Assembly (NCBI RefSeq): GCF_009914755.1
Contig: NC_060933.1
Direction: 5' to 3' (one strand)
DNA length: 64,000 bases
DNA from: the human T2T-CHM13v2.0 reference genome, Homo sapiens
Numbering within the stretch: the stretch's first letter is position 1; each line of letters starts with the position of its first letter. A program made the position numbers and the translations under genes. The notes beneath the pieces are model-generated. The model was not told the origin of the DNA. It ran no database searches and saw nothing but the letters and a program-made list of their open reading frames with translations. Positions 30,619 through 47,959 of the stretch are shown piece by piece.

Positions 30619-30779
30619 GGCTGTCCTGAAAAGTCTGTCTAACTGGAGATTTCTCCAGGGTCTTTCAGATTTTTTGCTGCCTCAATACCCCTGGGATATC
30701 AATTCCCTGCTTGTCCCAGGGCCCACCTCTGAATTGCCGAGAAGACAGTGGTAGCTGATTCACATCAATGCTAACTGAT

Positions 30780-31100
30780 TCACCTCAACGCCGCCAGCTC
30801 CTGCCTCCCTGCTCAGCCTTGAGCGTGACAGGAGCAGGCCGGGCCTGCTCTGGCTGGGAATGCCGCTGCCCTCCAGCTCCGGCCAGCCAGGGAGGGGCCA
30901 GGCCTCTCCGAAGGAGGTTAAAGTCCTTCTTTGTGTGAATGGCCTTTTAGGGAGCAGAGGGAGGGCCCACGGTGACATCACAGTCTTCCGTCAGGAGGCT
31001 CAGGAGGAATTTGTCCAGCTTGAGCCAGGGTGCACGCAGGAATCTGTCTGGAAAAAGGCAGTTCTCACTGAGGAGGTTTGAGGCGCGCGCTCTGGGCAGG
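30780..31100 (+). promoter_or_regulatory. Candidate internal promoter / alternative first exon of AKAP2
   Basis: Repeat-free, GC- and CpG-enriched patch; CRE-like TGACATCA (30973-30980); GCGCGCGC; strong donor AGG|GTAAGC at 31100/31101, 10.5 kb upstream of the large exon. A non-coding leader here would explain isoforms starting at MEIEV. TSS not determinable. Confidence 0.6.
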
Positions 31101-32789
31101 GTAAGCCAAGTCTGCTGACTTATCTTCGTGTCCTTTTCTTTCTAATTTGAAAGGACAGGGGTCTTTTTTTGAGGCCAGTGTCTTTATGGAGGAGGTTTTC
31201 TGAGTGTGTCATGTGCTGTGGAGTCCTTTCTTGCTGGAGAGTAGGCAGCCGAGCTCAGACTGGTGTCTTGCTTCTCTCTCTCTTTTTTTTTTTTTTGCAA
31301 ATCTTGTAAAACTCTCAGCTTTTGTGCTAAGAGGCAAAGAGGACGCTCAGTCCTGCACATATAGTGCAAAGCTATATGAGTCGTCTGTGGCAGATCACGC
31401 TTTGAAGATGGTGCAAGTGTGTCTGTGAGAATCTGTGTGCCCTTTTCCAGAACAAAACCAAGTGACTCGGTGATTCTGGCGCCTCGTTTCTTAGCCATCT
31501 AGCATTTGTTCAAGAGACTCAGTCTTGTGGTCTACAGCTAGCCTTCTGTTTCCATGCTGTGGAACTCACCACATTCACAGGGTGGCCTGGGGGAATATGG
31601 TTTTGGGGGGAATGTGTGGTGCTTGTCTCTTGGAGGTCCCATGGGTATGGAAGGAGACCCTCGCCAGCTTTGTTCATAGGCACAGAATCATCTGTAGACA
31701 GAGGGTTAACCACAAATGCATCTGGCACTGTTTTCTCTTTTCTTGGGGCTCTGCCTCAATATAGTGGATTCTGCTGGTCCACAGTGGTGTTTGGCTTTTG
31801 ATCTCTGCCATGACCTGCTCACCAGGCGTGAACCCAAGATCTGGAACTATTTTTAAACCAAGAGGGACACAGCAAATTTATAAAGAACTGAAAAACTAGG
31901 CTTGCTTTTGTCTTTAGCAGAATCGGTTACCCTAGAAATCTCACCTTGCAGGAGCCAGAGTTCCCTCTGTGGCCTTGAGCTTGGTTTATTCTGGGGTAGG
32001 GACTACCTTGCAAAATAATCTCCAGTGAAAAGGGCCTTTGGTGAGAAGAGCCTCCGAGGGCTCCTTGATAGGGCGCTCAGTATCCCTCATTGAGGAAAAC
32101 ATGAAACTCACATCTCTCCTTATTCACGGGAAACCCGGAAGCCTCTCAGTCACTCCTGTAAGAAGTGGGTCTCCAAGTAACGGAAAGAAACAACCCTTTC
32201 ATCAGCTGCTGCAGAAAAGGCAACAGCAGCTTCCTTCCTTTCCTCCCCTCCCCGCTGCTGACCCCCACCACACACACTGTCTTCAGTTTCTTTCACAGAA
32301 AGCCCAAGCTGTAAATATATTCATCAAATAACACCTTAACATTTTCCAGATGTGATTGGAGCCACTGACTTTTCAGCAGGGCTAAGAGGAGGATTGTTCA
32401 TAGGCTAAGCTATGGTGCTGGGGGAGACTCCGTTCTATGAGAAATTGACCAGTCTCCTTCACTAGGAATGTGGGTCAAGACACAGGGAAGCCTTGTTTCC
32501 AGTGAAGGGGTGGGGAGTTCCAGAAGTATTTTCATCCCATCTTCAGACCTGTACCTGAGGCATAAGACAGAGAGAATAGCAGAACAGTGATTACTCTTTT
32601 GACCAATACCGTAGAAGCTCTCAGAAAAAAAGGCTGGACCTGCAGGAGCAGGAACAGGACTCCTGGCCTCCAAAGGGTTGAGTTTTCTTTTTAGAACTGC
32701 CCTAGTCACATTGAGCTGTAATGGCTTCATGGCAGGAGATCCATGGAGGCAAACCAAGAAGTGTTTTTAGTATCTGCCCCTTTTAAGGC

Positions 32790-33520
32790 CCACAGCATTG
32801 ACCCGAGCCTGCCGGGTCCAAATTTAGCCTGCGTTTGCCCCAGGAGTGCTTGAGGTCTGGAGTCTGGCCGGCTGTCTTCCATCAGCCAGGAGGGGAGGCT
32901 CTAGCCTCTTTAGGGAGTGGCTTAGTTCCCAGTTTCCCACAATCAACACGGGCCCCTAGTTCCACAGGCCGGAAGAAGCTCTGCTCGGGGGATGGAAGAG
33001 GAAAGCCTGCACAGGACTGGAATGTGGCCCAGGTTATCACCCGGGGCCTCTCCTCTCCTCCACTTCCCGCTTATAGGCTCGGCTTAGAGGCCCAAGTCTA
33101 ACCCTCGCAGCAAGCAGTTCCCAGACTTTCCTGCTGTCAGTGCCTTCAGGGGAGGGTGGAACGGCCCACTCGGAGTCCCAGCTCCTTCTCCTTCCTGTCG
33201 TCGTTAGCAGGGAGGGCCAGAGGAGGTGCAGCCAGCCTGCTTAGAAACTTTGGTGCACCGCGCTTTCTTCAATTCTTTTTGCCCGGCACAGTTTGCGCCG
33301 TTGAAGAGGGCTGGAAGTTTATTTCCAGCTATTGCTGCAGCACTTCCTTCTCCTAGTGCTGTTCGTTCTTCTTATGGGAACTGGTACTCACTCCCTCCAA
33401 GTCTGTGAGCGTCTTGCTGGGGATGGCGGATCACCTTGGAGCTCTGAGGACCTCGCACGGCCCAGGCTGAGAGCATATAGCTCTGCAGGGTCCCAGGATA
33501 TGCTTATGGATCCAAGGTAG
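32790..33520. promoter_or_regulatory. Second GC/CpG-enriched unique patch (enhancer or weak promoter candidate)
   Basis: More CpG than the flanks; ETS-like CCGGAAG, TEAD-like GGAATG, E2F-like TTCCCGC; only a weak donor AAG|GTAGTG at 33516. Confidence 0.35.
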
Positions 33521-36500
33521 TGTTGACCTCTTCAACTTCTGTTCCCTTCCTTATGCTTCGGGTTCCCTCGGTTTGGGGAGTTAGCCTCCCCCAGACCTCC
33601 TGACTGCAGCTTTGCCTGGTTTGTCCAAAGCTGATGAGGTTCAGCTGATGTGGGCATCTTTTAGGTTTCTGGGCATCATCCACCAGCCAGGTGCACTTCC
33701 TTCCATCCCACCCTCACCCCTTCTGCATTTGCCTTCATGCTGGAGACATCCTGACTTAGCCAGAAAGTTAAAAATTTAGGAAGAAGCTCTCTAAAGATAG
33801 CCACACATAGCTCGTGGAACCAGTTCTTCATCATGATTGTCATTGCGTCCTGCGCACTGAAAACGTGACTTACAAAAGAGAGGCAGGATGAGAAGGGAAA
33901 ACGGAGATACTCTCTGATTTCACAGCTATGAGGAAGTTTTGTTTTATAGCCATGCCTCTGTTCCTAGGCCAAGAGTGAGTTTATATTTTTGGTGGAACTT
34001 ATAAATAACTGGATTAAAGGATCGGGTCACCTATTATCTGGAGAAAAGCATTTCTAATTTAAATGTCATGGCTTTAGTAGGAAGTAATCTGGGTTATTCA
34101 AAGCAGAGAAACCTGGTTGTACAGCCTGATGTTTGAGTAATTTGGTTCACACTGTGCATTTAGGCTAGGAGCCTAGGAGGTCGAGATGGGTTAGGCACAC
34201 TGTCGAGCTTTAACAGCCTGAGGATGGTGGGGCAGAGGGGAGGCTGTGAACACAGTGAACATTGTCCTTGTGGTGAAGGACACCTTTCTGCTCTCCGCCT
34301 GGGCTCAGGCAGACCTGCTAAGGAAAATGCACTTCCTTAAAGTTATTTCTGTCCATGACATGCCTAGCTGTAGGCCTAGGTACCCTGGGCAGAAAGAACA
34401 CATGGGTGTCTATGCCCAGTGGGGCAGGGATCAGGGCCCTGCTGTTGTGTTTTCTGTGCAAATGTAAACAGGCTTCTAGAATCTCACTTGTGGTGTTGGT
34501 GAAGAGTTGCAGCCTTTTCCCACAGTGTCCATCATAATGACATGGACATGGGATCTTAATATTTTACCTCTGGCAAGTGGCCAGAGGAAACAGAACCCCT
34601 TCAGAGACCAGCCCAGAGGGTGAAATCCCCAGACCGTGCAAGAAGTCACATTTCTAGCTGACACGTAGAGCAACAGATACGTCTCCAGAGAGTTAACTCT
34701 CCAGGGAGTTCATCTATTTCTGACCAAGACTGAATAAAGAAGGTAAAGGGATCATCGACTTTTAAAGCTAAATTGTGAGTCTCACATCATCTGTAGAGAT
34801 TCAAGCAAGCAAAAGATCAACCAAAAAGCCAAGCTAACTCTGTTTTGATCCATCCACTCTTCTTACCATTTCCCATGTCATTTTAAAAGCCTCCTAATAT
34901 TGAGACTCCATTTTGATATATCAGGATAGAATGAGAAGAACCCACCTTCAAATCCTGGCTAGGGCACTTACTAGCCAGGTGATCTTGGGAAACGTCCCTC
35001 TATTTCTCTATACCTCTTATTCTGAAGTTTTAAGACTGAAATAAAATTCATGCCTTTCCCACTTAACAGAGGGCCAGTTTTCAAGCATCAGCTGACATAT
35101 GTATGTGCATGTACTGTGAAATGATAAGCTATTAGGCATGTGTCAACCAGAAAATGGGGATGCCACACTTACAGCATGCCCACAGGACAGGCTTGTCAGG
35201 GCTGTCTCATTCACTTGTACATTTACTTGGCTAGTTGAGTTGTGGAGATGGACCAGGTTCTGTTTTAACCAATGTGTGACCCCTCCTCTGCTTCCCATGT
35301 GACTGGAGCCCCAGGTCTGGGTGGTTCTTGACTGCTCATTCTACTTACTGCATTTCAGGACTTAACTTTTAAGGACATTTTGTGAAATTACTCCCTCTGT
35401 TGCAGCACAACTGTATCTTCCTAGTCGTGTTCAGCTTCAACTAAAATTCACATGTAAGGATCTGGGGTTGGGGAAAGATTAGGGAGATTAGAGCTGCCAT
35501 AGATTCTGACTTTGAGTCTTTCCCGGGCCTTTTTTCTTTCATCTTTTCTTCTTGATTTCTTTTCTTCTAAAAATCTCCTGCTCTTTTCCCAAAAGAAAAT
35601 CAGTCTGCTGCCAGAAAGAATATAATACCTGTCATTTAAACCTCAGTGTAAAATGGCTTAATAATAGTGAACATTTGCATTAACCGTTTTACAGTTTACA
35701 TAGTACTTTTAAGTACATTTTCTAACTTAATTCTCAAAACAGATTTGGGAGATATTATTAGTCCTGCTTATGAAGGAGTTCTGTTCTCAGCAGAATTCCA
35801 TAATTACAAAAAGTCTGGTAGGACTTTTATAGGTAGAGCCAAGAAATGACCCCAGACTCTGGTCTTTGGACGCTAAACTCTGAATTACCACATTTCCTGC
35901 ATTCTTTAGGTGGAGACATAGGCACCTGTGTTGTAAATTAAGCCACGCTAATTTGCTTTGCAAAACTATTAAACACTTTTTGGTAAATAAAGGCGACTTT
36001 AGTTGCAGCCTGGCTACCAGGTTATGTTAAACACAGGTCTCTGGGACCAAATTCTGGCACTCATACAGACTTGTGTTGAATAAACATTTATAAAAAATGC
36101 TATGAGGAAATCTCAGCTCCCTAAATTTCTAGATGCTCCAACCCCACCTTGCCTGAAGACAGATGTGGCAACTTTATGAAGACAGGATTCTGTTACCATT
36201 TTAGTGGGTGGTAAGCAACCGAAGTCCCCTGAGCCAAAGGCTAGAAACAAGATCGTTTAGTTTTCAAACCTCAAACACCATCCCTAAGGGTGTATAAACC
36301 AAAGGGTTCGCTCTATTGGCATATCCCCTTTATGAAAGGGTGAGGAAGATCTCTAATCCACAAATTTGAACACCACCAATTTCACGGATTTCTAACATTC
36401 ATTATGCTAATTGACAGGCCACTAATTTCACTAATGAAAACCTATTTCTCACCTTAATTATGCCAATTAGCAAAGCTTCAGGGGTTCTTGGGAGTTAAAG

Positions 36501-37534
36501 GGAGCTAAGTACTGGAGGAAGCCACCTGTGGGGCGTGGGATCTCTCATTGGATCCTAGATGACCATCCCTTGAGTTTATATTCCCATTTAGGATGGTTGT
36601 CAGACCCTGGAATGTAATTTAAACTAATTCCAGAAGCACACAGCTGTATTAAATTGCCCCGATCAAGTATGTGAAAGTAAATGGTAGGCATCCTAACCAG
36701 CTGTTAACTATTCTAGGAATTTAGTGGGAAGGGCAGGTTTCTGTGTCGTGGTATTAGGGCTCTACCTGGAGGGTGAACTGGGCCGATCTAAAAAGCTCCC
36801 ACAGCCCCTTTGCACCCTAGTTTTTCTCTGACCTTAGAAAACCCAGTTTGATGATTCTTTCATATCCTCCTGTTTTTGCATTGGGGCATAGTTCATTTCA
36901 AAAAGGACTTTCCTGGTGATTGAATGAATGTGCATCTTATCTGAATCTGGAATCACGTTTGCCTAATTTGAAGCATGGAGAAAATTCTGGACCTTCTTAT
37001 CTTCAAAGAGAGCAATAAGCATTTGTTGGTTTAAACAAGACATCATCTGATGATACCAAGCCCAGATTCCTGCCCAATCCGGATAGGTTAGATTTCCAGC
37101 CCATTTCCATTTACCTGGTGTAGTTGCCAGTGGCTTTGATTCTATCAGGCCATCATGCATGAAGGCAAATTCTTACTGCTGACAGTGGAACTCAGGAATT
37201 CGCTCTTTTGTTATCATTGTTGTCTAACTTTACAAAACCTCAGGACCTCTGGTGCATGATTGTGAATCAGTAATTCAGAGTTGTTTATCTCTTTAAATAC
37301 TTCCATGCCAATTAGAGGTTAAACCTGCTGCTTCCTGAGTAGATGGAATTGAGTGTCATGAAGAATTTTCTGAATTTATGGGGAAAGGGGGACTGGATGC
37401 CATATAGCTCACAAGAAGGAGGGCCTCTTTCCTGTTTACACCCTCCAGTGTCTAGAGGTTTAAAAAAATGTATCGGAAAGGAATCATCCCAAATTACACT
37501 GGAACCCCCAAACTTTGACTTTTAACAAGTAACT

Positions 37535-38411
<877 letters not shown>

Positions 38412-39499
38412 AACTAACTAGCATATTTTAAAATCTCAGTTTGACCGATCACAGAAGACATAACTACTTGTAAAATAATTTCTGATTCAAAGATAATGGC
38501 AGTTTTGTATTTTTTTTCAAACAATTGCAAAAGTATATTGTCAAATTGTTGTCTTAGATTTTAAATATTTGGTACCAAAACAACTATTTCTAGTTCAAAA
38601 AGGGTGCCTTGGAAAGAGCTGATACAATTTTTGAATCCTAAAAAGAAAACGTGGAAAGTCATCTGCTCATTCATCATCGAGCACTTGAAGTGTGAAACAT
38701 TCAACAGAAAGGGATAATGCTGATGTGAGGAGCGGAAAAGTGTTCTTGGGAAATGGCTTTGGAGATAAGCCCCATCACTCCTTCCTCTGTGATTAGCAAC
38801 AAGAGACAAAGAGAAGCAATTTCTTCACTTGCCTGATTCAGACTAAGAAAACTCTAATATAGACTTAGGGCTTTCTTGGAAGTACAGAGAACTCATTTTT
38901 TTTTTAAAGGGTGTTGTCTTCTGGAGCTTATTGTTGCTGCTAATTTCATTATGACCCTGCAGAATAACCTCCCCTCATGTTTAATGAACGGATTAATTAA
39001 TTAAACTATAGAACTAATTATTTGCCTTTTAGTTTCCTTTACTATTACGTTGCCCTTCTTCCTCTTCTCAGGTATTCTAAAGCATCTTGTGTTTCAGGAG
39101 AGCAGTGTTTTCTAACCATATTTCAGTCCTACCAGCTTCCTACTGATTTCCCACTACCCTCCGCCCACCCCGGCCCCCAAGCCAAAAAGGATAGAAGGAG
39201 AGCTCTGTTGTTCCCATGCAGAATATTAGCAGTGAGTCATTGGCCAAAAGAAGCCAGGGGTGAGGGTGCCATAGGTAATCTGACTCATCTTAGCAGTACC
39301 GTGAATCTCTCTTTGTTTGTCTTCTTATTTCAATAATAATTTTCCATGGAGTGGGCTAATTTTGGCCTAGGTTTACTTGAAATTGAATGGCAGCCAGTAA
39401 GTTTCAGCATTCAAATTTTGTGTAATGCTTAATGATATATGAGTAGAAGTTACTGACAATGTCTCATCCAACAAAAAGTTTAGTTAATAGTTTTAAAAG

Positions 39500-39790
39500 G
39501 GCTGGCCATGCAGGGTGGCTCATGCCTGTAATCCCAGCACTCTGGGAGGCCAAGGCTGGACTGCTTGAGTCCAGGAGTTTGAGACCAGCCTGGGCAACAT
39601 AGCGAGACTCTATCTCTACAAAAAATTTTAAAAATTAGCCAGGCATGGTAATGCCCACCTGTAGTCCTAAGGGAGACTGAGGCAGGAGGATCCCATGAGC
39701 TCAGGAGTTCAAGGTTGCAGTGAGCTATGATCACATCACTGTGCTCCAGCCTGGGCAACAGAGCAAGAGCCTGTCTCTTAAAAAAAAAAA
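39500..39790 (+). mobile_element. Alu (AluJ-like)
   Basis: Sense dimer with A tail. Confidence 0.9.
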
Positions 39791-40532
39791 GGAAGGTGGT
39801 GGCAAAAACTACTATTTAATGATGGTCAAAAATAAAAAATAAAGATATTAGCAATTATAAATATTAATTGTGTTAAGTATCACTCTTTAACAAAGACCAG
39901 ACCTAGACTGGAAGAAAATCAGAGAATGGAAGATGTTGACAAAAGAGGAACACTCATTATTTGTGCCTGTTAATGGAGAAGACATATACATTACTTGAAT
40001 AATTTAAGTCTGAAAGGAAATGTGGAAAGTGAAGAGTGAAGGAAACCCCCCAGTTCATGGATAACTCAGAGAGTTTTTCAACATTCTGACAGCAGTGTAG
40101 AGCACTTACGATGAACTCCAGTGTTTTCTTAGGTCTCAAGAACAAATCCATAATTATCCACTTTTTTGGGAAGGATTTTGAAATTAATTTCCTGAGAATC
40201 GTCCTAAGGTGGTGTTTTAATATTCTAAGCATTTAAAATTGTTGAAACCTTAGATAAATGAAAATTACACTCTCTTGCAATTTTGCATTGTCCTATGTCA
40301 ATAATACCAGGCACATTATAAACTTGAGACAGGGAAACAAAGCCAACCTAGGTGTTGTAAGGTCCTTGATGGTAACTCAAATTAAGTTTATACTTTACTG
40401 GAATTCTTTGAGATAAGCCAGAGTCCTTTGATATGAAAAAGAAAATCATCTTATAATTTGAAAATTAATGTTTCTAATGCCAAATAACAAAATTACATAG
40501 GCTAGATAACTGGTAGAAAAATAAGATGGATG

Positions 40533-40653
40533 GGTTGGGTGTGGTGGCTCATGTCTGTAATCCCAGCACTTCGGGAGGCTGAGGCGGGCAGATTACTTGA
40601 GTACAGGAGTTCAAGACCAGCCTGGGAGACATGGAGGAACTCTGTCTCTACAA

Positions 40654-40718
<65 letters not shown>

Positions 40719-40850
40719 CAGCCAGGGGTGATGGCACACACCGGTAGTCCCAGGAGGTAGAGGTTGCAATGAGCCGAGATGGCACACTGCACTCCAGCCT
40801 GGGCCACAGAGCAAAATCCCATCTCAAAAAAAAAAAAAAAAAAAAAAAAA
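40533..40850 (+). mobile_element. Alu with A/(TA)n-expanded linker and right-arm deletion
   Basis: Sense Alu; A-run then (TA)n at ~40652-40714. Confidence 0.88.
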
Positions 40851-41605
40851 GCCCTCAAGACAAAAAACCTCCTTCCTTAAAAAAAAAAAAAAGAAAAATA
40901 TGATGGGTTTTAAAACATTAAGAAGATAGGGTTTTCTTATTGAATCACAAACTGAAGATATCACATATAAAGCAGTTAAAAAACTGGAGGAGAGGTACCA
41001 TTGGCCATTAGTTTTTCAAAGCAGTGCTGACTTCTTAACTAAAGAGTATTATTTTGATGCAATCCCAGAAAACAGAGCTGTGCAGTCAGTGGCTTTGGTG
41101 ATGGTGTTCATAAGGCACATGGTCAATTACAGCCATGGCAGTGAGGCACTGTAGCCTGTGTGCTGCCATTAAAGGGATCTACTGTTTTCCAGTATTTTAT
41201 TCTGCAAAGATTTTCCAAAAAGTTTCTTGTCTCCAGAATAACTGCATTACATCTGGCAGAGAGTCATATGTTTTAAAGATCTGTTCATACAAAAGGACCT
41301 TCTTTTTGCAATCCTATTAATAGTCGTATTGCACAGCCTGCAATCATTTGCCGCAAAATACTTGGGAAGACTCTGGTACAATAATGATGTAATCTCTTCC
41401 ACCTTAGTAGATAAAATTTAAAAATGGCACTAGCATGTAAACAAAATGGAATCCATAAATTAGAGAGGATTGGGCACCTGTTACTACAAGAAAATGAACA
41501 TTTAAGGGATTATTAGAAAATATCTATTCAAAAGAATTTGTCACTGTGGTTTCCATTTTCCTTCCTCTTAGTTATGAGTCAGTTTGTCAGCATTCACATC
41601 CATAA

Positions 41606-44068
<2,463 letters not shown>

Positions 44069-44892
44069 TGAGGTGCCTCACATGAGAGACAGATGCCACA
44101 GCAGTCTGTTGTTGTTGATTCCAGCTCATGGGTTTCTATGTGGAGCCTCCTCTGTGTGTGTCTGGAATAAGTGTTGGGGGGACACTGGCATGAGAATTCC
44201 AGCATACAGGGACATGCAACAAAAGTGTCAAGAGTGTCCTCTAGAAGAACCCTGAGCTTGCATGGAGTTTGCCACTTTCCAGAGGATGCAATAGCTCCTT
44301 CTTTGTTGTTCTGCTTTGGCCTTGGTTTATTATAAAGAATTGTTCTCTTTTACTTGAAAGCCTGCCTCTTGTCTGAAGGAGAGGCTGTTTGTGGCATAGA
44401 ACCAGAGTGGACCCATGTGTGGACTATGTTGGAATCAGTAGCTTGACCCTCAGTATCTAGTTAAACCCATCTGATTTGGGAGTTGTCCTCTACTAACTAA
44501 CCCCTTCTGAATGCTGGTTTCCTTCCCAGCAATGATAGTCATGGCATGGCATTGCAGACTGGTCCATACAAAATGCTTTTGTTCATCTTCCGTGTAACTG
44601 GGTTTTTCTTCTTAAGTCACCACAAAGCAACTACTTTGGAATCAGGAGTGGACGCATCTGTTCTTGTCATGTGACCCATTTGGAAAAGTTGAATTACTCT
44701 TCACAAAGGCAGGTCTTTAATCCCTTCATATTGCCTGGGTGGTCCCTTTTTTGAATACTTTGTATAGATGGTTGATGTTAATTAGAGTGCTAATTATTAT
44801 TGCTACCATATGGATAACAGTGTGACCAGTTGTTTTTATTTTCCATGTGAATGTGATAGCAATCAGGGATCCACAGATCTTCAACTATAGAA

Positions 44893-45112
44893 AACGCTGC
44901 TCAAAGCGTGGTCCAAGCTAGTCCAGGAATCATTTGCTACTGGTTCATTCTAAGTTCAGACATCGAGAGTAAGCATTTGAAAACTCCTATTGCAATGTGA
45001 TATTGTCCTGAAATCCAAGCGTGGGATTTTTGTATTTTACAAAACTATTGCTTCATAATGGACTGGTGGGGAAAAACTGATGCTTCACCAGAGAAAATTT
45101 AAGAATCATTAC
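44893..45112. mobile_element. Probable hAT-Charlie (MER5-like) DNA transposon remnant
   Basis: gctgctcaaagcgtggtcc...ggactgg...atttaagaatca resembles MER5-family ends; weak. Confidence 0.4.
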
Positions 45113-45214
45113 CCTAAAGGATAATTGTTGACACTTATCTTGGTCCATCCATATCTTAATCTTATCTTGACACTTGGCTTCCATCAAACCTACAATGACT
45201 CAAGGTCACTCTTC

Positions 45215-46200
45215 TCATTAACTTTTTAAAATTGGAAAGAATCTCCAACCTAAAGAAAAGTTCCCAAGTACAGTACAAATGTCTTTCTGTTTTGAATCAT
45301 TTGAGAGTAAATTGCCCACATGATGCCCCATCACCCCCAATTTTGTAGACTGCTCCCTAATGTGGGTCTCTGATGCTTTCATATGATGATTTTCAGGTTG
45401 TGCATCTTTGGTAGGAATACCACCAAATTGATGCTGTGTTCTCACTGTATCCAAACAGGTAGCACGTGGTATTAGTTTGTCCCATTATGGTGACAGGTGT
45501 CAACTCTGATCACTTAATATTGATTATGATCACTCCATTGAGGGAGTGTCTGCCAGCCTTCTGCACAGTAGTTACTTTTTTCTTTTGTAATTAATATACA
45601 TTTTGTAGGGCAATACTGTGGTATTCTGCAATTTTCACCCCATTTCTTATCAAACTTCATTTATTTATGTCGGTATGATCTCATGGATTCCTGTGATATT
45701 CAATGGATTCCTGTGATATTCAATGGATTATAATCCATTTCTTTTATTATTTTTATCCGCAACTTGTTCAGTTACAGCTCACGGGAGCCCTTTCTGGCTA
45801 ACTTGTATGTCCTTTGGAGATGTCCCCGTTTTCCTTTGAATGCTTCCTCAATTTCTGGCATCGCAAGATATTCCAGTTTCATCTTATACTTTCCCAACCC
45901 TGAAATCGGTCGTCTCTCTGAAGAGCACTAGTTTCTGATGATGGAGAATGGTATTTAGAAACAAAGATCTGAGTGCTAGCTGTGCTCATTGTTATTGCAT
46001 TGTCACTAGCCCCAGGCACTCTCAGTGGACAGAATTAGAAATTACACACATCTCTCTTGAAAACCATGAGTTTGCCCTGATGCTTTTTAATTCTTATTTA
46101 ATAAAAAGTTCATTCATACTTTCTCCCTTTCCATATTTGTGACCACCTTCTTGACAAAAGATACTTAGTTTTTATTATCTGTAATATGTTTATTATTTAA
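45215..46200 (-). mobile_element. Old L1 (L1MC-like) 3' fragment, containing a perfect 20-bp tandem duplication at 45683-45729
   Basis: tttgagagtaaattgc...ttggtaggaatacc...gagaatggtatttagaaacaaagatctg; atggattcctgtgatattca repeated ~2.3 times. Confidence 0.7.
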
Positions 46201-47565
46201 CTAGCCCTCCTTCCCCCACACTCCAGTATAACCAGTCTCCTGTTTTCCTCACCAAACTTGGGCTCCGACATCATTTTCCAGGTGGCCACTGCCACGACCC
46301 TTCACCAACACCCTCCTTACCCTCCCTGGGCTCCAACACTACAGCAGGTACCATCTTATTCAGCCTGGCCTAGTGACTTTTGGACTGAGTTGTTTGGGAA
46401 GGAAAGGAAAGGGAGGAAGAAGAGGAAGAGTGCAGTGACTTTCTTAATATATGCCATCAAATTGGTGATAAAGTTTCAACAAATGAATAATGGGGGGGCG
46501 GGCACAAACATTCAGACCGTAGCATGAGTATTTTCAGGCTTCTCTGTCTCTATCTCTTAATCGAACCCCTCACCATATTACCTCCAACTTTATTTCTAGC
46601 ACATAAACAACTGTCTAATATAAAGACATTTCAATGCTTTCTCCTGATTCCCCCACCGGCTGTTGTCCATCAGGCTTCCCCACCAGGACCGAGGTTGCCT
46701 TAAACAAGTCAGCATCCTAAGGCTTGCCACTGGCATCCCAGCAACCCAGTATCAATCTCCCCAGTACTTCCCTCTATGCTAATGCTGATCTCTTCTCCCA
46801 TATCCCACCCCCATAGGATTGATTTCTGGTCCCTACAAGGGGATGGTAATTCATCCGTGCAAGTCTGTTCCAATCTTGATGTCGTATTGAGTACAATCAT
46901 GATAATGATATGCATACATGTCATTCCTTCATGTTTATCTCTAGAACATTTAAAGCAGGCACCCGGGCTTCCCAGAATTACAACATGAGTTGAAAGAAAC
47001 GGAATGTAAAATACAATTTTCTTCCTGTTCATGCCTGGAAATCTTTGGAGTATTGCTTGGCTGGCCAACCTCCAAGTTCATGATCGGGGAGAAGGCTGAC
47101 ACGTGACTCTGAGCAGCCAAACTAGACAATTCATGGCTAGGGTCAGAACTCCTGGCTTCAGTGGTTTTGTGAATGGAGGTGTTACCAAGTTCCTGCGGCA
47201 CATTTCATATTTCATGCCAGAAGAAGTGACTCCACTAGTTTGTTGTGTGACTCAGATTGATGATTGGATACTAGGTGATGAAAAATATAATTTTTAACTT
47301 CTCTGGTAGAAATCATGCTGGTGGCATGCTGGAATCCTAAAACCTTAAAGCAAATAAAATCCACTGAGAGCCAAGATGTGGTAAGGAAGGAGAAATCTTC
47401 TAATTCTTTCCATACAAAAGTTATCTAGACAGAAACCCCATCCCCCTGGTGTGGAAATGCTATTTGTTTTTGCTTTTAGTGCTTTTGCTTTTAAAAGATG
47501 GACAATGAATGATAGAAGTTCTGTTTTGAAAAGGATATAGTCATTGTTAATGACCGGGTATCTAG

Positions 47566-47914
<349 letters not shown>

Positions 47915-47959
47915 CCTTATTTGACTTTTAAAGGAAGAAGCTCCACTTAAATAGAATTT

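Noticed and set aside
33499-33522. ATG plus donor (MLMDPR, AAG|GTAGTG) as a coding first exon
   Set aside because: Weak donor, and the ATGs are out of phase with the phase-0 large exon.
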